DNA of 63,380 nucleotides, the filler included, from Folioceros fuciformis (Eukaryota), in assembly GCA_049999805.1 (NCBI GenBank). It is 19 parts of 19 records of this genome, joined end to end, with 100 filler letters (N's around TTAATTAATTAA, not from the genome) between each part and the next. Parts side by side here need not be neighbours in the genome. Positions count along the whole stretch, not along the records: positions 32,730 to 38,022 come from JBNGIO010006860.1; positions 38,123 to 39,142 come from JBNGIO010006861.1; positions 39,243 to 43,151 come from JBNGIO010006862.1; positions 43,252 to 46,944 come from JBNGIO010006863.1; 15 more parts are not named here. The stretch is one strand, 5' to 3'. The notes under the pieces were generated by a model, which did not search any database, had not been told where the DNA came from, and saw only the letters and a program-made list of their open reading frames with translations. Made by a program: the position numbers and the translations under genes. Every line of letters starts with the position of its first letter. Position 1 is the stretch's first letter. Below, piece after piece: positions 36,078 to 47,044 of this stretch.

Positions 36078-37868
36078 TCACTCTAGTGCAAAGTCATCTC
36101 CTAGATCATCAGGCTCCCTTCCAAAACCACCGAGATCGCTCCATACCCTTGGCCCAAGGCGATTCCCCAGTGGCCCCCGATACACTGGAGCAGCTGCTGG
36201 CAATGCATCATGGCGTCGCCTGAAACCTGGAGAAGGTCCCGGCAGGCACCCAGGAGCTGGAAAAGGAAATCCTGGATGCCGATCATAATCACCTCCAAAA
36301 AAGGGAACAACGAGGGGCCGCTGCGGGAAACCGAACGGTTGGAAAGTTTCGTGGCTAAGCCGTATCTCTGCACCCCGCCTCCTCTCCTCTATCCTCTTCC
36401 TGCGTAACCACTCCCTAATGAACGGAGCCTTCCATCCTCGCCCACCAGGAGGAGTATCTCCTACAACCGACTTTGCGAACTCTAACTGAAACTGGACCTT
36501 CCACAACTCATCGCCCGATGAGAGAAACTTGAGCTCAGAGCATACACACGCTAGTGCAGCCAAACTTTGAGCTGGAAGAAACTCAAGAATTTTGATTTTC
36601 AACTCTGTTGGCAGCATTAGAAGCGAAGGGGGTGGTGGGAGGCCAGCCTTACCACACAAGTCTGTGAAAAGGGGAAGGGACAGCCCGTCCTTGACCTCCT
36701 TCCACAAATCAAAGACGTTTACAAGGATCCCCGACGTTGGGTCAGTCAGCGAATCCTTTGATGGTTCACGCTTGACCTCTAGAAGACAGGAGCCGTCGTG
36801 CTTATCGAATCCACACAGAAACTTTGAAATTGGTAAGCATAACCTGTACACTTCCGATCCTCCAGCTCCTGCTATAGTGCCATAGGCAATGAAGGCATTG
36901 CCCATTATTTGACATCGCAGAAGAACATTCCCCACAGCCCTTGCGGCAGGGTCTGCCAGACGGGCCTCAAGAAGTTCAGGGAGACTATACTGCAGATTAA
37001 CAATTCCACCGTTCCGATTCCACGCACCCAAAAACCCCCGAGACGAAGAACAAGGTCCGCGCGAGGACTCTACCCTCACAAACCCTGTTTCCAGCATCAC
37101 GGCGTGGACGGCAAGAAAGAGAAACGCAGGCCTCTCCACAACTTGGTCTCCCTCTTCCGCCAGGACCCGAGACAAAAGGTCAGGAATTGACGATGTGCAC
37201 TTCACATCACCCACCTGTATCAGCATTATATCCTCCTCCGACGAACTTATTTCTCCACCGACCTTCTCACCAGAATCCACATCCATGTCTTCGGCAGCAG
37301 GGGCATCCATGGGACGCTTACCCTTGTCACGAGAAACCTCTCCAACTCCCTGAGACTCTTCAAAACTTGCACGCGTCGGGGGCCCCACAGCAGACTCTAC
37401 ACCCTGGCTCCCGCCGCCTTCTGCTACAGGCAAACGTGACACAGAAGCCCTTCGATCTGCTGCTGCCGCGCACAGATCTCTCATAGACAACGAATTCACG
37501 CTGCTTCTCTCAACTTGGGCAATCCTAAAACTTTCCGCGCCATGCGTCCCACTCTCTGGAACATTTCCTGTGGAACTCCCAGCCAAGCTCGCACGAGCTC
37601 CTGGTTCATGGCCAGAAGATTGAATCAAACCATGCCCCGTTCCTCCCGAAAAGAAAACAAGATCACCACCACGCACACCTAAATCGCTAAGCGGAGTGTT
37701 CCCTGAATCCTCAATCCGATCCTTCTTGTTCAGGGACACTTGCAAGGACGAGGCTGGAACTGTAACCGCCGCTGCGATGGCGTCCTTGAGATCCTGCAGA
37801 GTGTACGGGAAGGACACCTGTATCTTATGCGTTGGGCCCCCTGCAGCTGATCTCACACGCAGCTTCAT
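36078..37868 (-). CDS. SKIP22/FBXO7-like F-box protein (ubiquitin-like + PI31/FP + F-box domains)
   Basis: N-terminal MKLRVRS...SLNKKD...LSDLGVRGGDLVFF; AVHAVMLETGF; LWKEVKDGLSLPL; F-box LLMLPTELKIKILEFL; GGDYDR.P near the C-terminus. Confidence 0.88.
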   Translation of the reverse strand: MKLRVRSAAGGPTHKIQVSFPYTLQDLKDAIAAAVTVPASSLQVSLNKKDRIEDSGNTPLSDLGVRGGDLVFFSGGTGHGLIQSSGHEPGARASLAGSSTGNVPESGTHGAESFRIAQVERSSVNSLSMRDLCAAAADRRASVSRLPVAEGGGSQGVESAVGPPTRASFEESQGVGEVSRDKGKRPMDAPAAEDMDVDSGEKVGGEISSSEEDIMLIQVGDVKCTSSIPDLLSRVLAEEGDQVVERPAFLFLAVHAVMLETGFVRVESSRGPCSSSRGFLGAWNRNGGIVNLQYSLPELLEARLADPAARAVGNVLLRCQIMGNAFIAYGTIAGAGGSEVYRLCLPISKFLCGFDKHDGSCLLEVKREPSKDSLTDPTSGILVNVFDLWKEVKDGLSLPLFTDLCGKAGLPPPPSLLMLPTELKIKILEFLPAQSLAALACVCSELKFLSSGDELWKVQFQLEFAKSVVGDTPPGGRGWKAPFIREWLRRKRIEERRRGAEIRLSHETFQPFGFPQRPLVVPFFGGDYDRHPGFPFPAPGCLPGPSPGFRRRHDALPAAAPVYRGPLGNRLGPRVWSDLGGFGREPDDLGDDFALE

Positions 37869-39242
37869 CTTCCACCCACTCCTGCAACGCTCCAGGCGAC
37901 ACCGATTCAGGAGCGACACGTTCTCGAATCCCCCGACCGCTGCTCCTGCCCGCGAGCCACTATCAAAACACGGCTGGGTGGTAAAAAGAGCAGGCGTGCG
38001 AACGAAGACACCTTTCGGACAANNNNNNNNNNNNNNNNNNNNNNNNNNNNNNNNNNNNNNNNNNNNTTAATTAATTAANNNNNNNNNNNNNNNNNNNNNN
38101 NNNNNNNNNNNNNNNNNNNNNNCCATAATCTTGTAAACTCTTGCATTTTGTTTTTGTGAGGGAACTACTTTTGATTGAGAATCTTCTAGCACTAAAAAAG
38201 TTCTTTGTTCTTAGATCATGTCAATACTTCATACAATCAATGCATGGGATGGAAAAAATATGCCATGGGAGGAAGTGCAAATCTAACCATCCTTAACTGG
38301 ATCCTTAGATCTCTTGGGATCTAATGTAGATGGTTTGAATGTGTATTAGATGCTGTGGCAAAGGCTAATAGAAAACATTCTGACAAGGACAGAATATTGT
38401 AATCCTAGCCACACGCTTCACTAGATGGATTTTTCTATAATGCCGTGATAATGGGTTGCAAAACCTGCCGTAAAAGGGCTGAAAAAGACCCCTTGTTCCT
38501 AACAGCCTTTCTACTAGACTAAGTAACGGTGGCGAGCAACGGTTACGAATGCCGAGCAGATCACTTGGTCTGACGACGGCAAGCGTCGACGACGATGCTG
38601 CCCGCAAGCACGCGTATGTTGGATTTCTAATCTCAGCAGGGTTGATGCAAGGTACGTATCCACATGTAGTGTTGCCGGCAGGTTACAGGACTGTATATCT
38701 AAGTCTCTCTACCAAGCTGGATAATCCCCATGGAATCCGGGTGCTGTTGCCATTTGCTAGCGTTCACCTTCGATTTCAGACTCCTGAATCTCGAGAGCAT
38801 GCATGAATGATTCGTGTGGTTGTAAGACTCTAACTCGAGTATGTGTGTAGGCCGTGTCCTTCTCCGATCCCCCGGAGTTTTCCTGACGGTGTCCTTCTCG
38901 GATCCCTGGCGTTTTCTTGACAGTGTCCCTCTTCGATGTCCCGGAATTTTCGTGAGGAGGCAGTCACTATGACGATCCATCGGGAGCTTACTCAGCCTAT
39001 GGAATATGAGCTGGTGCAGGGCCAAAGGAAAAGGAAGCGGGCAAGAGGGATCGAAACGATGACTCAGCCCGGGGAGCTTCAGGAAGGAAGGCCGGGAGCT
39101 CGCGCAGTAGAAGCGAGGGTGCATTTTGCACAGAGCAGGGAGNNNNNNNNNNNNNNNNNNNNNNNNNNNNNNNNNNNNNNNNNNNNTTAATTAATTAANN
39201 NNNNNNNNNNNNNNNNNNNNNNNNNNNNNNNNNNNNNNNNNN

Positions 39243-39767
39243 CCCCCAAGAAGGCAGCAGCTAAACCGTTCGCCACCAGTATCGTCGAGGACGTCATCCC
39301 GGCCCTGAAGAAAACGTTTGAGGCTGAGCAGGACTTGACCGACATTAAACTCGTTTTACAAGACAACCAGGTATGCGCTTATATCGAATCCGGTGTGTAT
39401 GTCCTCTCTCTGTGACAAGTTGGGAGGCGGCTGACGCAAGTCGTTCTACAGTTGCAGGGAAGCTTCATCAAGAATGGTGTGCCATATGCCTTTTGGGCTC
39501 TATTTCCAGACGGGAAATTCGAAGGTATGGAATTGTGCGTGTGCGTCGTCTGTGGAGGCGTGTGCTTCGTGTCTGCGTAGCTAACTAACCCTTGATGACT
39601 CGGGGATTGATCACTCAGGTTCGCGAGGATTCGCATTCGCCTCCTACGGCAACGTACCAAGCACTGTAGAACCGTTTCTGATCGACGAGAAGAAGATCAC
39701 ACCCGACCTACTGGTTTTCTGGATCAAAAAACGCCTGTTTGCCCAGAAGATTCTGTCTGTAAATTAA
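39243..39767 (+). CDS. NdhV: DUF2996 protein, chloroplast NDH subunit NdhV-like, 5'-partial
   Basis: Exons 39243-39370, 39452-39524, 39619-39767 give ...EDVIPALK...YAFWALFPDG...STVEPFLIDEKKIT.DLLVFWIKKRLFAQK. Confidence 0.8.
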
Positions 39768-40016
39768 GACGTGACGACGGCTCAGCCGTATGGATAGAAG
39801 TACAAACGTCACTGTTACGTTTCAAAGGGACGAACGGTACTGTCTCCAATTACACTCACTTGCCGCTCCTCTGAAACCACTAGAGGAACGAACCAGTTGG
39901 AATAGGTGAAACTTGACTACATCAAGCAAACCGCATCCCACGCCGTCAACAGCTTTCCATTATCAAGGCATCCTAAAATTCACAACTCGACGCTACAAAA
40001 AAGGAGTGCGGACGTG

Positions 40017-40846
40017 CTAAGTGTTGGTTGCCCGCGTGTAGATCTGCTGATTCGCATGAGCGGCGACGACCCTAATAGTGCCCCTGCCAATCAACTCCTT
40101 GATCGCCTTCCGAGCCAGCGAGCCAGTTATCTGTGTTGACACATCCAACAAAGGCAGGGAGGATTACATCACTACTCCAAGACTACAAGCCTCATACAGC
40201 ACTGCCTGTAAATCAGTGATGGAAACTGCAAGCCCATTTCAAAGGCCTCAGATAAGCTGCATTATAGCCTCAGTCGAAAGATGGTGATAATTCTTGATAA
40301 TCACGGAATTCAGATGCTTTCGGATTTCGACATCATCATTGGCTACGGTGCACTGAGTAATAAGAGCCGAAGAAGCAAGAGCGGACGCCAAGCAAAAAGG
40401 AAAAAAAGACGATGGTGCAATACTTCAGACCTGATCCTACAGGCGAGAGAACCCACTTACCCTGAGACGATCTGACAACACCGACGGCGTGATCAGCTTG
40501 TACTTGGGAACCTCCGAGAGAAGCTTATCGAAAGTACCCTGGTCGAAAAGGACCATATTGTTCACTTTCTCCTTTTGCTTTCCTTTGCTCCATTTCTGCC
40601 AAAAAAATCCGCTTTCCATCAGCCGGGCAAGCAACCGAGAGCAGACCATGAGAAACGCCGCAATACCTTCTTCTTTTGCTTCCCGCCGCCACCACTCTTG
40701 GCTGGCTTGGCCGCAGCAGGGGCGGCTTTCTCCTTCTTCGGAGCCTGCACGACACCAACAGAGCAAGCATCTCTTCAATTACGACAAGCCCCCCAGAATC
40801 TCCATAGCAGCAACAACACGCAGCAAGCTGAAGAACGTCGCACCAT
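40017..40846 (-). CDS. RPS25: 40S ribosomal protein S25 (eS25)
   Basis: Exons 40846-40844 (ATG only), 40744-40667, 40595-40461, 40130-40017: MAPKKEK...[25 protein letters not shown]...[20 protein letters not shown]...[13 protein letters not shown]. Confidence 0.96.
40265..40345 (-). ncRNA. Intronic box C/D snoRNA, U51/snR39-snR59-like
   Basis: Sense to RPS25: UAGCC/GGCUA terminal stem, box C AUGAUGA, D' CUGA, C' UGAUUA, box D CUGA. The 13-nt guide UCACCAUCUUUCG is complementary to LSU rRNA CGAAAGAUGGUGA. Confidence 0.88.
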
Positions 40847-40940
40847 GCGGCTCGCCCTCCGACGTACAATTTCACGGTGCTACACCGAGAGCAGACGAGA
40901 AACAATCAACTTACAGCACCGAAACCTATAGCCCTCGCCG

Positions 40941-40950
40941 AAACCCTAAA
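40941..40950. promoter_or_regulatory. Telobox (AAACCCTAA) upstream of RPS25
   Basis: AAACCCTAAA ~95 bp upstream of the RPS25 ATG; teloboxes are typical of plant ribosomal-protein genes. Confidence 0.6.
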
Positions 40951-41146
40951 CTGATAGACTTCAATGTCGTAATCAGGCAGCAAATATATATAAAAGACCA
41001 AACGCAACGCCATCTATAACGAGAACGACTGACTCACCTATTCAAAACATGCTACGTAGGTCACTCGAAACCGACTTGCCTAAAACGAGGGTTTAGAGGG
41101 CAATCACTCGAGGGTGAGCACCGCGTGGGGAGCAGCCGCACCGGCC

Positions 41147-43129
41147 ATGGCAAAGGCGGCTGGGCCACGAGCTCCTAAGAGCACGTCGCCCTCTGGCTCG
41201 GCGTCGCGTTCTTCTTCATATTCGGGTTCTTCCTCTGCTACAGGCTCGCGTTCGGCGTCGCTGTCGTCCAGCGCCTCCTCGGACAGCGGCAGCTCCCGGT
41301 CCCGCTCCCCTTCTTCCAAGAAGGGGTACTCCGCTTTACTCTCTGGTTCCTGTCAAAGCAGCCTGTGGTTTCATTGCCTTCTTGCTTATGGTATTCCTGT
41401 GTAATGGTTTGAATTCTGTACGGTTGCTAGCGGGTCGAGTGTTGGCAGTTGTGTTGTTTCCTGGGAAGGTTCGATGCTCTGCTGTCTGTCTGTTCTGGCC
41501 AGCAATTGTCTGTACTGCGTTGTTGTGACACGTTGCTCGGCAATGTAGGGCGGGAGCCGTTTCGACGGCAGCGAAGAAGCCTCATTCTGACTCGCCCCCT
41601 CCGAGAAAGCCTTCACCCGCGAAGTAGAGACCGGATATGATGCGTGTTGATGCTGGCTTGCATGTCCCCTCTTTGTCCTGGCTGCGAACGATGTGCTCTG
41701 GGTTTTTTCAAATTCCGGTTGTTTGTTTCAATTGACAGTTCTGATTCTTCGCAGGAAGCAAAGAAGTCCTACTCCCGAGTCTACGGTTCTGTACATTGGC
41801 TGTTTGACGCGCAATGTGAATGAGGCTCATCTGAGGGAAATCTTCGGTAGGTCCTGAATCCCAGGCGAAGCAAAAAGCTGGTGCATGTCTTCTGTGCAAT
41901 TGGCAGCTGAGGTTTAAACGGCATCTATCATAATAATGCATGTTTGAATCCTGGCAGGCAATTATGGGGACATCGTGAATGTTGAGCTTGCTATGGATCG
42001 AGCGGTAAGGCATTTTTCTTCTATGCTCCTGTAGGTTGGTTGGCCTTGGCTCGTGTGGTTTGATGTATGGCAATAGACTGCCCAACCATAACAGAACGTG
42101 ATGGGCATTTCGATCTTGATGTGGGTTTATTCATTTCGAGGCAGCGGCCAGACTACCGTAGGACTTTTTCCACTGGAAAATTGTGTGCCACTTGGTTACT
42201 CGGCTACATTTTTAAGGCCTCGTTTTTTACTGGCTTGTCAATCTCGGTTATAGCTTGCTAAGGCCTGCGTGGTTTGATCCCTTTCTCCCAGTAGAGGGCT
42301 CGTCCATGTCCTGCCTAAACAAAACGCTTCATGGGTTTCAATCCAGTGTGAAGCAGCGGCCAGACAACCGTAGGACTTTTTCCACGGGGGAAACGCTTGC
42401 CATCCGTTTTCCCTACTATACAGAAGTCTACACGTGTGACAGTCCTGATATCCATTTCAATCCCTCTCCTTAAGTTTAGCTCCTTTTCGTCAACCCTCAC
42501 CTGTTTCGTTGTGTACTTGCTGCAGGTGAACCTTCCTAAAGGATTTGGATATGTAGAGTTCAAGACAAGGGTGGACGCTGAGAAAGCCCTACAGCACATG
42601 GATGGGGTGAGTGAATCAAAGGATGTCCACTGTTAACGCAAGTCTTGGTACAACTAACCGGGTCGATGGAATAAATGCTAGAAACGTGCTAAAGTCTTCT
42701 GAGCTTTTAATTGCAGGGCCAAATAGACGGAAATTTGGTAACTGCGCAGTTCATACTTCTTCCACGGAAGAAGCAGTCACCTCAGCGGGCTCTTTCTCCA
42801 CCCCCAAAGAAAGAAGGCCTTCGTGAAAACATTCCCAGAGATGTGGTGAAAGATGTCATTCCACACCGAAGAGACTGTAAGTGCTGGATCAACTTTTTTT
42901 AAGGCCTTTGTTTCCTTACAGTGGTCCAGTCCATTAAGGCCTCTTGATGTATTCCCACAGCCCCACCTCAAGGCCGCCGGCGATCACGGTCACCACCACT
43001 ACCACGAAAGAGGTCACTATCCCCAAGGAGGAGACCTGGAGAGTCTCCTCGTCGTCGCCCACCAGTTTCATCACCTCCTAGGAGACGGTCACCTTCTCCT
43101 TTCCGAAGAAGACGTCGGTCACCTCTAAG
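41147..43129 (+). CDS. SR45: Ser/Arg-rich splicing factor SR45 (RNPS1 orthologue), 3'-partial
   Basis: Exons 41147-41325, 41549-41623, 41755-41846, 41958-42004, 42526-42606, 42717-42876, 42961-43129. Ser-rich N-terminus, RRM LTRNVNEAHLREIFGNYG...VNLPKGFGYVEF...MDGGQIDGN, RS/RP-rich C-terminus. Confidence 0.93.
42041..42211 (+). ncRNA. Putative intronic H/ACA-like RNA, copy 1 (SR45 intron 4)
   Basis: 5' domain closed by UGGCC/GGCCA, H box AGACUA at 42150-42155, ACA at 42206-42208; shares a 32/33-nt identical block with copy 2. Confidence 0.5.
42262..42425 (+). ncRNA. Putative intronic H/ACA-like RNA, copy 2 (SR45 intron 4)
   Basis: GGCC/GGCC closing stem, H box AGACAA at 42362-42367, 3' hairpin closed by GUAGG/CCUAC, ACA at 42420-42422. 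Confidence 0.5.
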
Positions 43130-43251
43130 GTTCATGTCACATCTTCTTTAGNNNNNNNNNNNNNNNNNNNNNNNNNNNNNNNNNNNNNNNNNNNNTTAAT
43201 TAATTAANNNNNNNNNNNNNNNNNNNNNNNNNNNNNNNNNNNNNNNNNNNN

Positions 43252-45309
43252 CTTTGTCGCAGAACCAGAGCTTGTACGGGGGTGGAGCCGGGAGGGCTAC
43301 CCCGCCCTCCTCGGACGGCCACGGGTTGCAGGCCGAGGACGAGCCTAGGAGGTCGCCGTACAAGAGAGGCAATGCCGGGGACCATCATGCCGGGAATGGA
43401 GACGGGCGGGTGCATAGGCAGACTAAGCTCATCGGAAGGGAGGACGATGGCGGGAGGCAGGACCCCAGGAATGGAAGGTTCCATAAGGGGAACGGATTTT
43501 CCGAGGTTGACGACCATCATCTATATATGCGGAAGGGGGACAGGGAGAAGGCTGCTGCTGTGCATAAGGATATGGGGCCTGCTCGTAGGATTCCCTCCAT
43601 CAAGCTCACAGTGAAGCCGCACGCCGCGCCTGCGGAGGAGGCGCCTAGGAAGAAGCGGCGGCTGCTGATCGATGTGAGTGGGGGCTTGGCTTGCACATTG
43701 GAGTGGTGTGGGACTGGGGTTTGGAGGAGGAGGATTGTATGGTATGGTGGTGGTGTGGGAGTCGTGTCTCTGATAGATTGAGTGTTGCGTGGTGCAGAAT
43801 TTTTATGAGGAAGATGCTCCAGAGGCTTCACCTCCTCCGGCTGTAGTGCGGCCTGTGGCTGCGGTGGATCCGGTGCCTGAGGTGAAGAAGGTGGAGAAGG
43901 AGGTGGTGCAGCATGGGGAGAGCAGGGCGGAGGCTGCGAGTTTGGAGTCTCCTTTGCCCTCGGTGCGGAAGAGTGCTAGGGTGCCGAAGAGGAGGGTTCT
44001 GGACGGGGATGACGATGGGGAGCAGCATGTCGAGTTTGTGGGCAACTCTGGTAGGAAGGGGGAGAATGGGAAGCATGTTGAAGAGGAGGATGGTGCCAAG
44101 GATGAGAGCACATCTGATCGTGGGACGGACACTCCCGATGAGGACGAGGAGGATATTGTGAAGACGAAGAAGGGAAGGATACAGGATCTCTATGATACTG
44201 GTGCTAAGGAAAGGCCTGCCCCGACGGCTCATTTGACTGCACGCCAAAGGGCCATGCTGGAGAAGGATAACGATAATCACGTCTCCGGTCTGATCGAGTT
44301 TCCGGATGGGTTGACGGATACACAGCGTCGTGAGTCACTACTGCCTGTTGCTCTATGCATGTCCTTGTTTGGCTCTCTTGTTTCTTAGGGTGCCAAGGCT
44401 GGGTTGTTATATTTTATGTCGTTGCTGACCTCGTACAACGGGTGCAGGTGGTCGCAAGTCCAGGCTGTCAGAGGCCGATCGGCAAGTGAAGAGAGCAGAG
44501 GCTGCTCGCAAGAGGAAGCAGCAAGTTGAGAAAAATGCCAAGGAAATACAGGTGTGATAGCTTTTACCTTAATATGATGGGCAAGGAGATTGCTTGGGTC
44601 AGACCATATGACTTAGCTAACCTGCTGCATGTTTTTCACTCCAGGCTTCTGCCATTCAGAAGATTCTGGGTCAAGATTCTACGAGGAAACGGAAGGAGGA
44701 GAAGCTCTCAAGGCGAAGGGCTGAGCTGGAGGAGGTAGAAATCGGCACTATGTCTTCAGTTTTCGTCTATGCCTATGTATCCCTGCATATGCCATTTTGG
44801 AATTAACGTTTGCCAAATTTTTGTTGTGGTGTCACAGGAGAAGAAGGCTGCTGCCTTGGAACCTGCATCGAATAAGATCAAGTGGATCTTCGGACGTGAG
44901 GGGACCAGAGTGGCTTTTGCTGTGGATGTCCCTCTACCTGCATGCTTCAGTTCCCAGCCCATCAGGTAGATAGGTCTTCCTCCTTTTCTGTGTAAATGAC
45001 AGAATTTAGTTCGTTTGCTGGCTTTCTACATAGGATGAGCGAGACCTGTGTGTTTGTTCTAGCATTAGTCAGGCTATAGACTTAGCCGCATGATGTGCTC
45101 ACACTCTTTTGGAATGATTTGTGTTCAGTCACCCGCCGCCGCGAGAGAAGTGCGCCGGACCGGCCTGTGGGAATGCCTACGTGTATCGAGACTCAAGGAC
45201 CAAGTTGCCTTTGTGCAGCCTGCGTTGTTACAAATTGATTCAAAATCTCTCAGCTGTCCCAGCAGCAGTTTCACCTTCAAACAATTTTGATATGGTAAAA
45301 GCACATTGA
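43252..45309 (+). CDS. INO80B: INO80 complex subunit B/IES2 (PAPA-1 + HIT zinc finger); start uncertain
   Basis: Multi-exon. Motifs IKLTVK, RKSARVPKRRVLD, LTARQRAM, LIEFPDGL, KRAEAARKRKQQVEK, AIQKILGQDS and C-terminal REKCAGPACGNAYVYRDSRTKLPLCSLRCYK. Confidence 0.9.
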
Positions 45310-45515
45310 GGTGTGCGTGATCATCCTGCTCAATTCTCCAGGAGGGCCCGCAACCTCGGGAATGAGAGGTTCAATTGCCTGTTCTGTTGCAGTGATGTTG
45401 CGCATTCTAGAGTGCAATGCCTATACTAGAGCAGTAGAATGGCGGATGCTGTAAAAAATTGTGCTGAATTCACAGACGCATTGAGTACAAACGATGGATG
45501 CCTGGCCCAAGGGTC

Positions 45516-46336
45516 TCAGAAATTGGCACTCCAGGTCTTCTCTGCAACAATTTTCGGTGCTGTCTTCCCAGTCGCGCTAACAGTCGCGGTAATCTGCAAG
45601 CATCAGGACTGGCAGGTCAGAATGTCCGGTCTGAATTACAAAGAAAGGACGTTAAGACAGTTGTCATCTCCCACCTTGAAAGGCCCCATTTCATTCGAGT
45701 CTTTGGCCCATTCCACACCAATGTTTTGTTTCCCGACATCATACGTAGCCTTCAATGTATCATCCTTCGAGAACTTCTGTGAAACCCCAAAATACCAGGA
45801 CTCGGATGCAAAATCATATCCGGTATCCAATGTTGTGTTGGCCTCACGGATGTACGAGTACTTAAGCTTGCTACCACGTGATAAAAAATTGTACTCCCCT
45901 GTGAGCTTGTTCTTTGAATCGAACACCAACTGTGTTTCTAAAGTCGTGGCATTCCCTCTCTGAGGATGCATATACGTGAGTTTCACTGTCCTCCCGCCAA
46001 CCTTAGCCGAATTCATGAACTGAAACCTGGCAGTCTGCGCTCCGACTCAGCACGGTCAGCTTACTCCGACCTCCCCTCCTCCAACACAAAAATAAGCACC
46101 AAGAACCACCTGCTAGCAAGGCTTCCTTTCCTTACGTTAGAAGGTATGTCGTAATCAATGATGAAGGAGCCGGGCTTCTCTACGCCCAGGCCAACGCCAG
46201 TTAAACTCGGGCCATTCACAAACGTGGTGTCAGTGACCGAAGCCTTGACCTTCAACTCCCCGACTCCCACACTGAGAGTTGCCACAGCAGACTGCGACCC
46301 GGAATCATACTTTGTCTTGATGGAAGTCTTCGTCAT
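45516..46336 (-). CDS. OEP24: Plastid outer envelope pore protein 24
   Basis: Exons 46336-46136, 46034-45675, 45593-45516. Motifs KASVTDTTFVNGPSLTG...VEKPGSFIIDY, RFQFMNS, KLKYSY, GVEW...GPFKITA, PKIVAEKTW. Confidence 0.88.
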
Positions 46337-47044
46337 TTGCAAACACCTGCAGCATCACATACAGGAAACCCTACATTGCTCAGCGGCACGCCAGATGCTC
46401 CAATGCCCGCCTTAGATGAGCTGAAGGGGCGGCAAGAGCAAGAAACCTGAAGCTCATCCTTCTCCCTGGACCTCAAAAGAGCTTCCATCCCAAGAGCGTG
46501 CGACAATGTCCTCGGATCTGCTTACCTGCAGGTCTGAAGCCCGCAGATGTGGACTTCCGGCACGCACCGGCCTTACCGATCCGCGAGCTACTCCGAGACG
46601 ATCGCCAAAGGGCCGCGGCGGGTCGGGGTCGATTGCTCCGCCTGAAAGCCCGGCAATCTGCAAGGTATGATGCATAATCATACTTAGTTAAACTAAACAC
46701 AATTTGAGCACAACTTAACGTGGGCTGATGTCGACGATAGACATGAATAATAAATATCCCTGGTTTCCCTTTGTAAGTGGGGTCACGTGAAAGCGAAACA
46801 GTCATGCCTGCCAGCCACCAACCCAACAGTTGAATTCAAATAAGAGTATCGCCAGCCGGCTGCGTCCAGTGTCTGTTGCGCCATTTTCGCCGGCTTCAAT
46901 GTCCGATGTGTCTGCTCCAGTCTTCCCGGCTGGCCAAGGGCCAGNNNNNNNNNNNNNNNNNNNNNNNNNNNNNNNNNNNNNNNNNNNNTTAATTAATTAA
47001 NNNNNNNNNNNNNNNNNNNNNNNNNNNNNNNNNNNNNNNNNNNN

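Noticed and set aside
38936-39142. Short ORF with KRKR motif running into the linker
   Set aside because: Too short and truncated to call.
42193-42201. TGGTTACTC as a U19/snR191-type guide for LSU GAGUAACUA
   Set aside because: The partner pocket strand is missing and the motif is not conserved in copy 2.
42314-42320. CCTAAAC as a telomerase RNA template
   Set aside because: Only one repeat length, absent from copy 1, and intronic, whereas land-plant telomerase RNAs are independent Pol III transcripts with longer templates.
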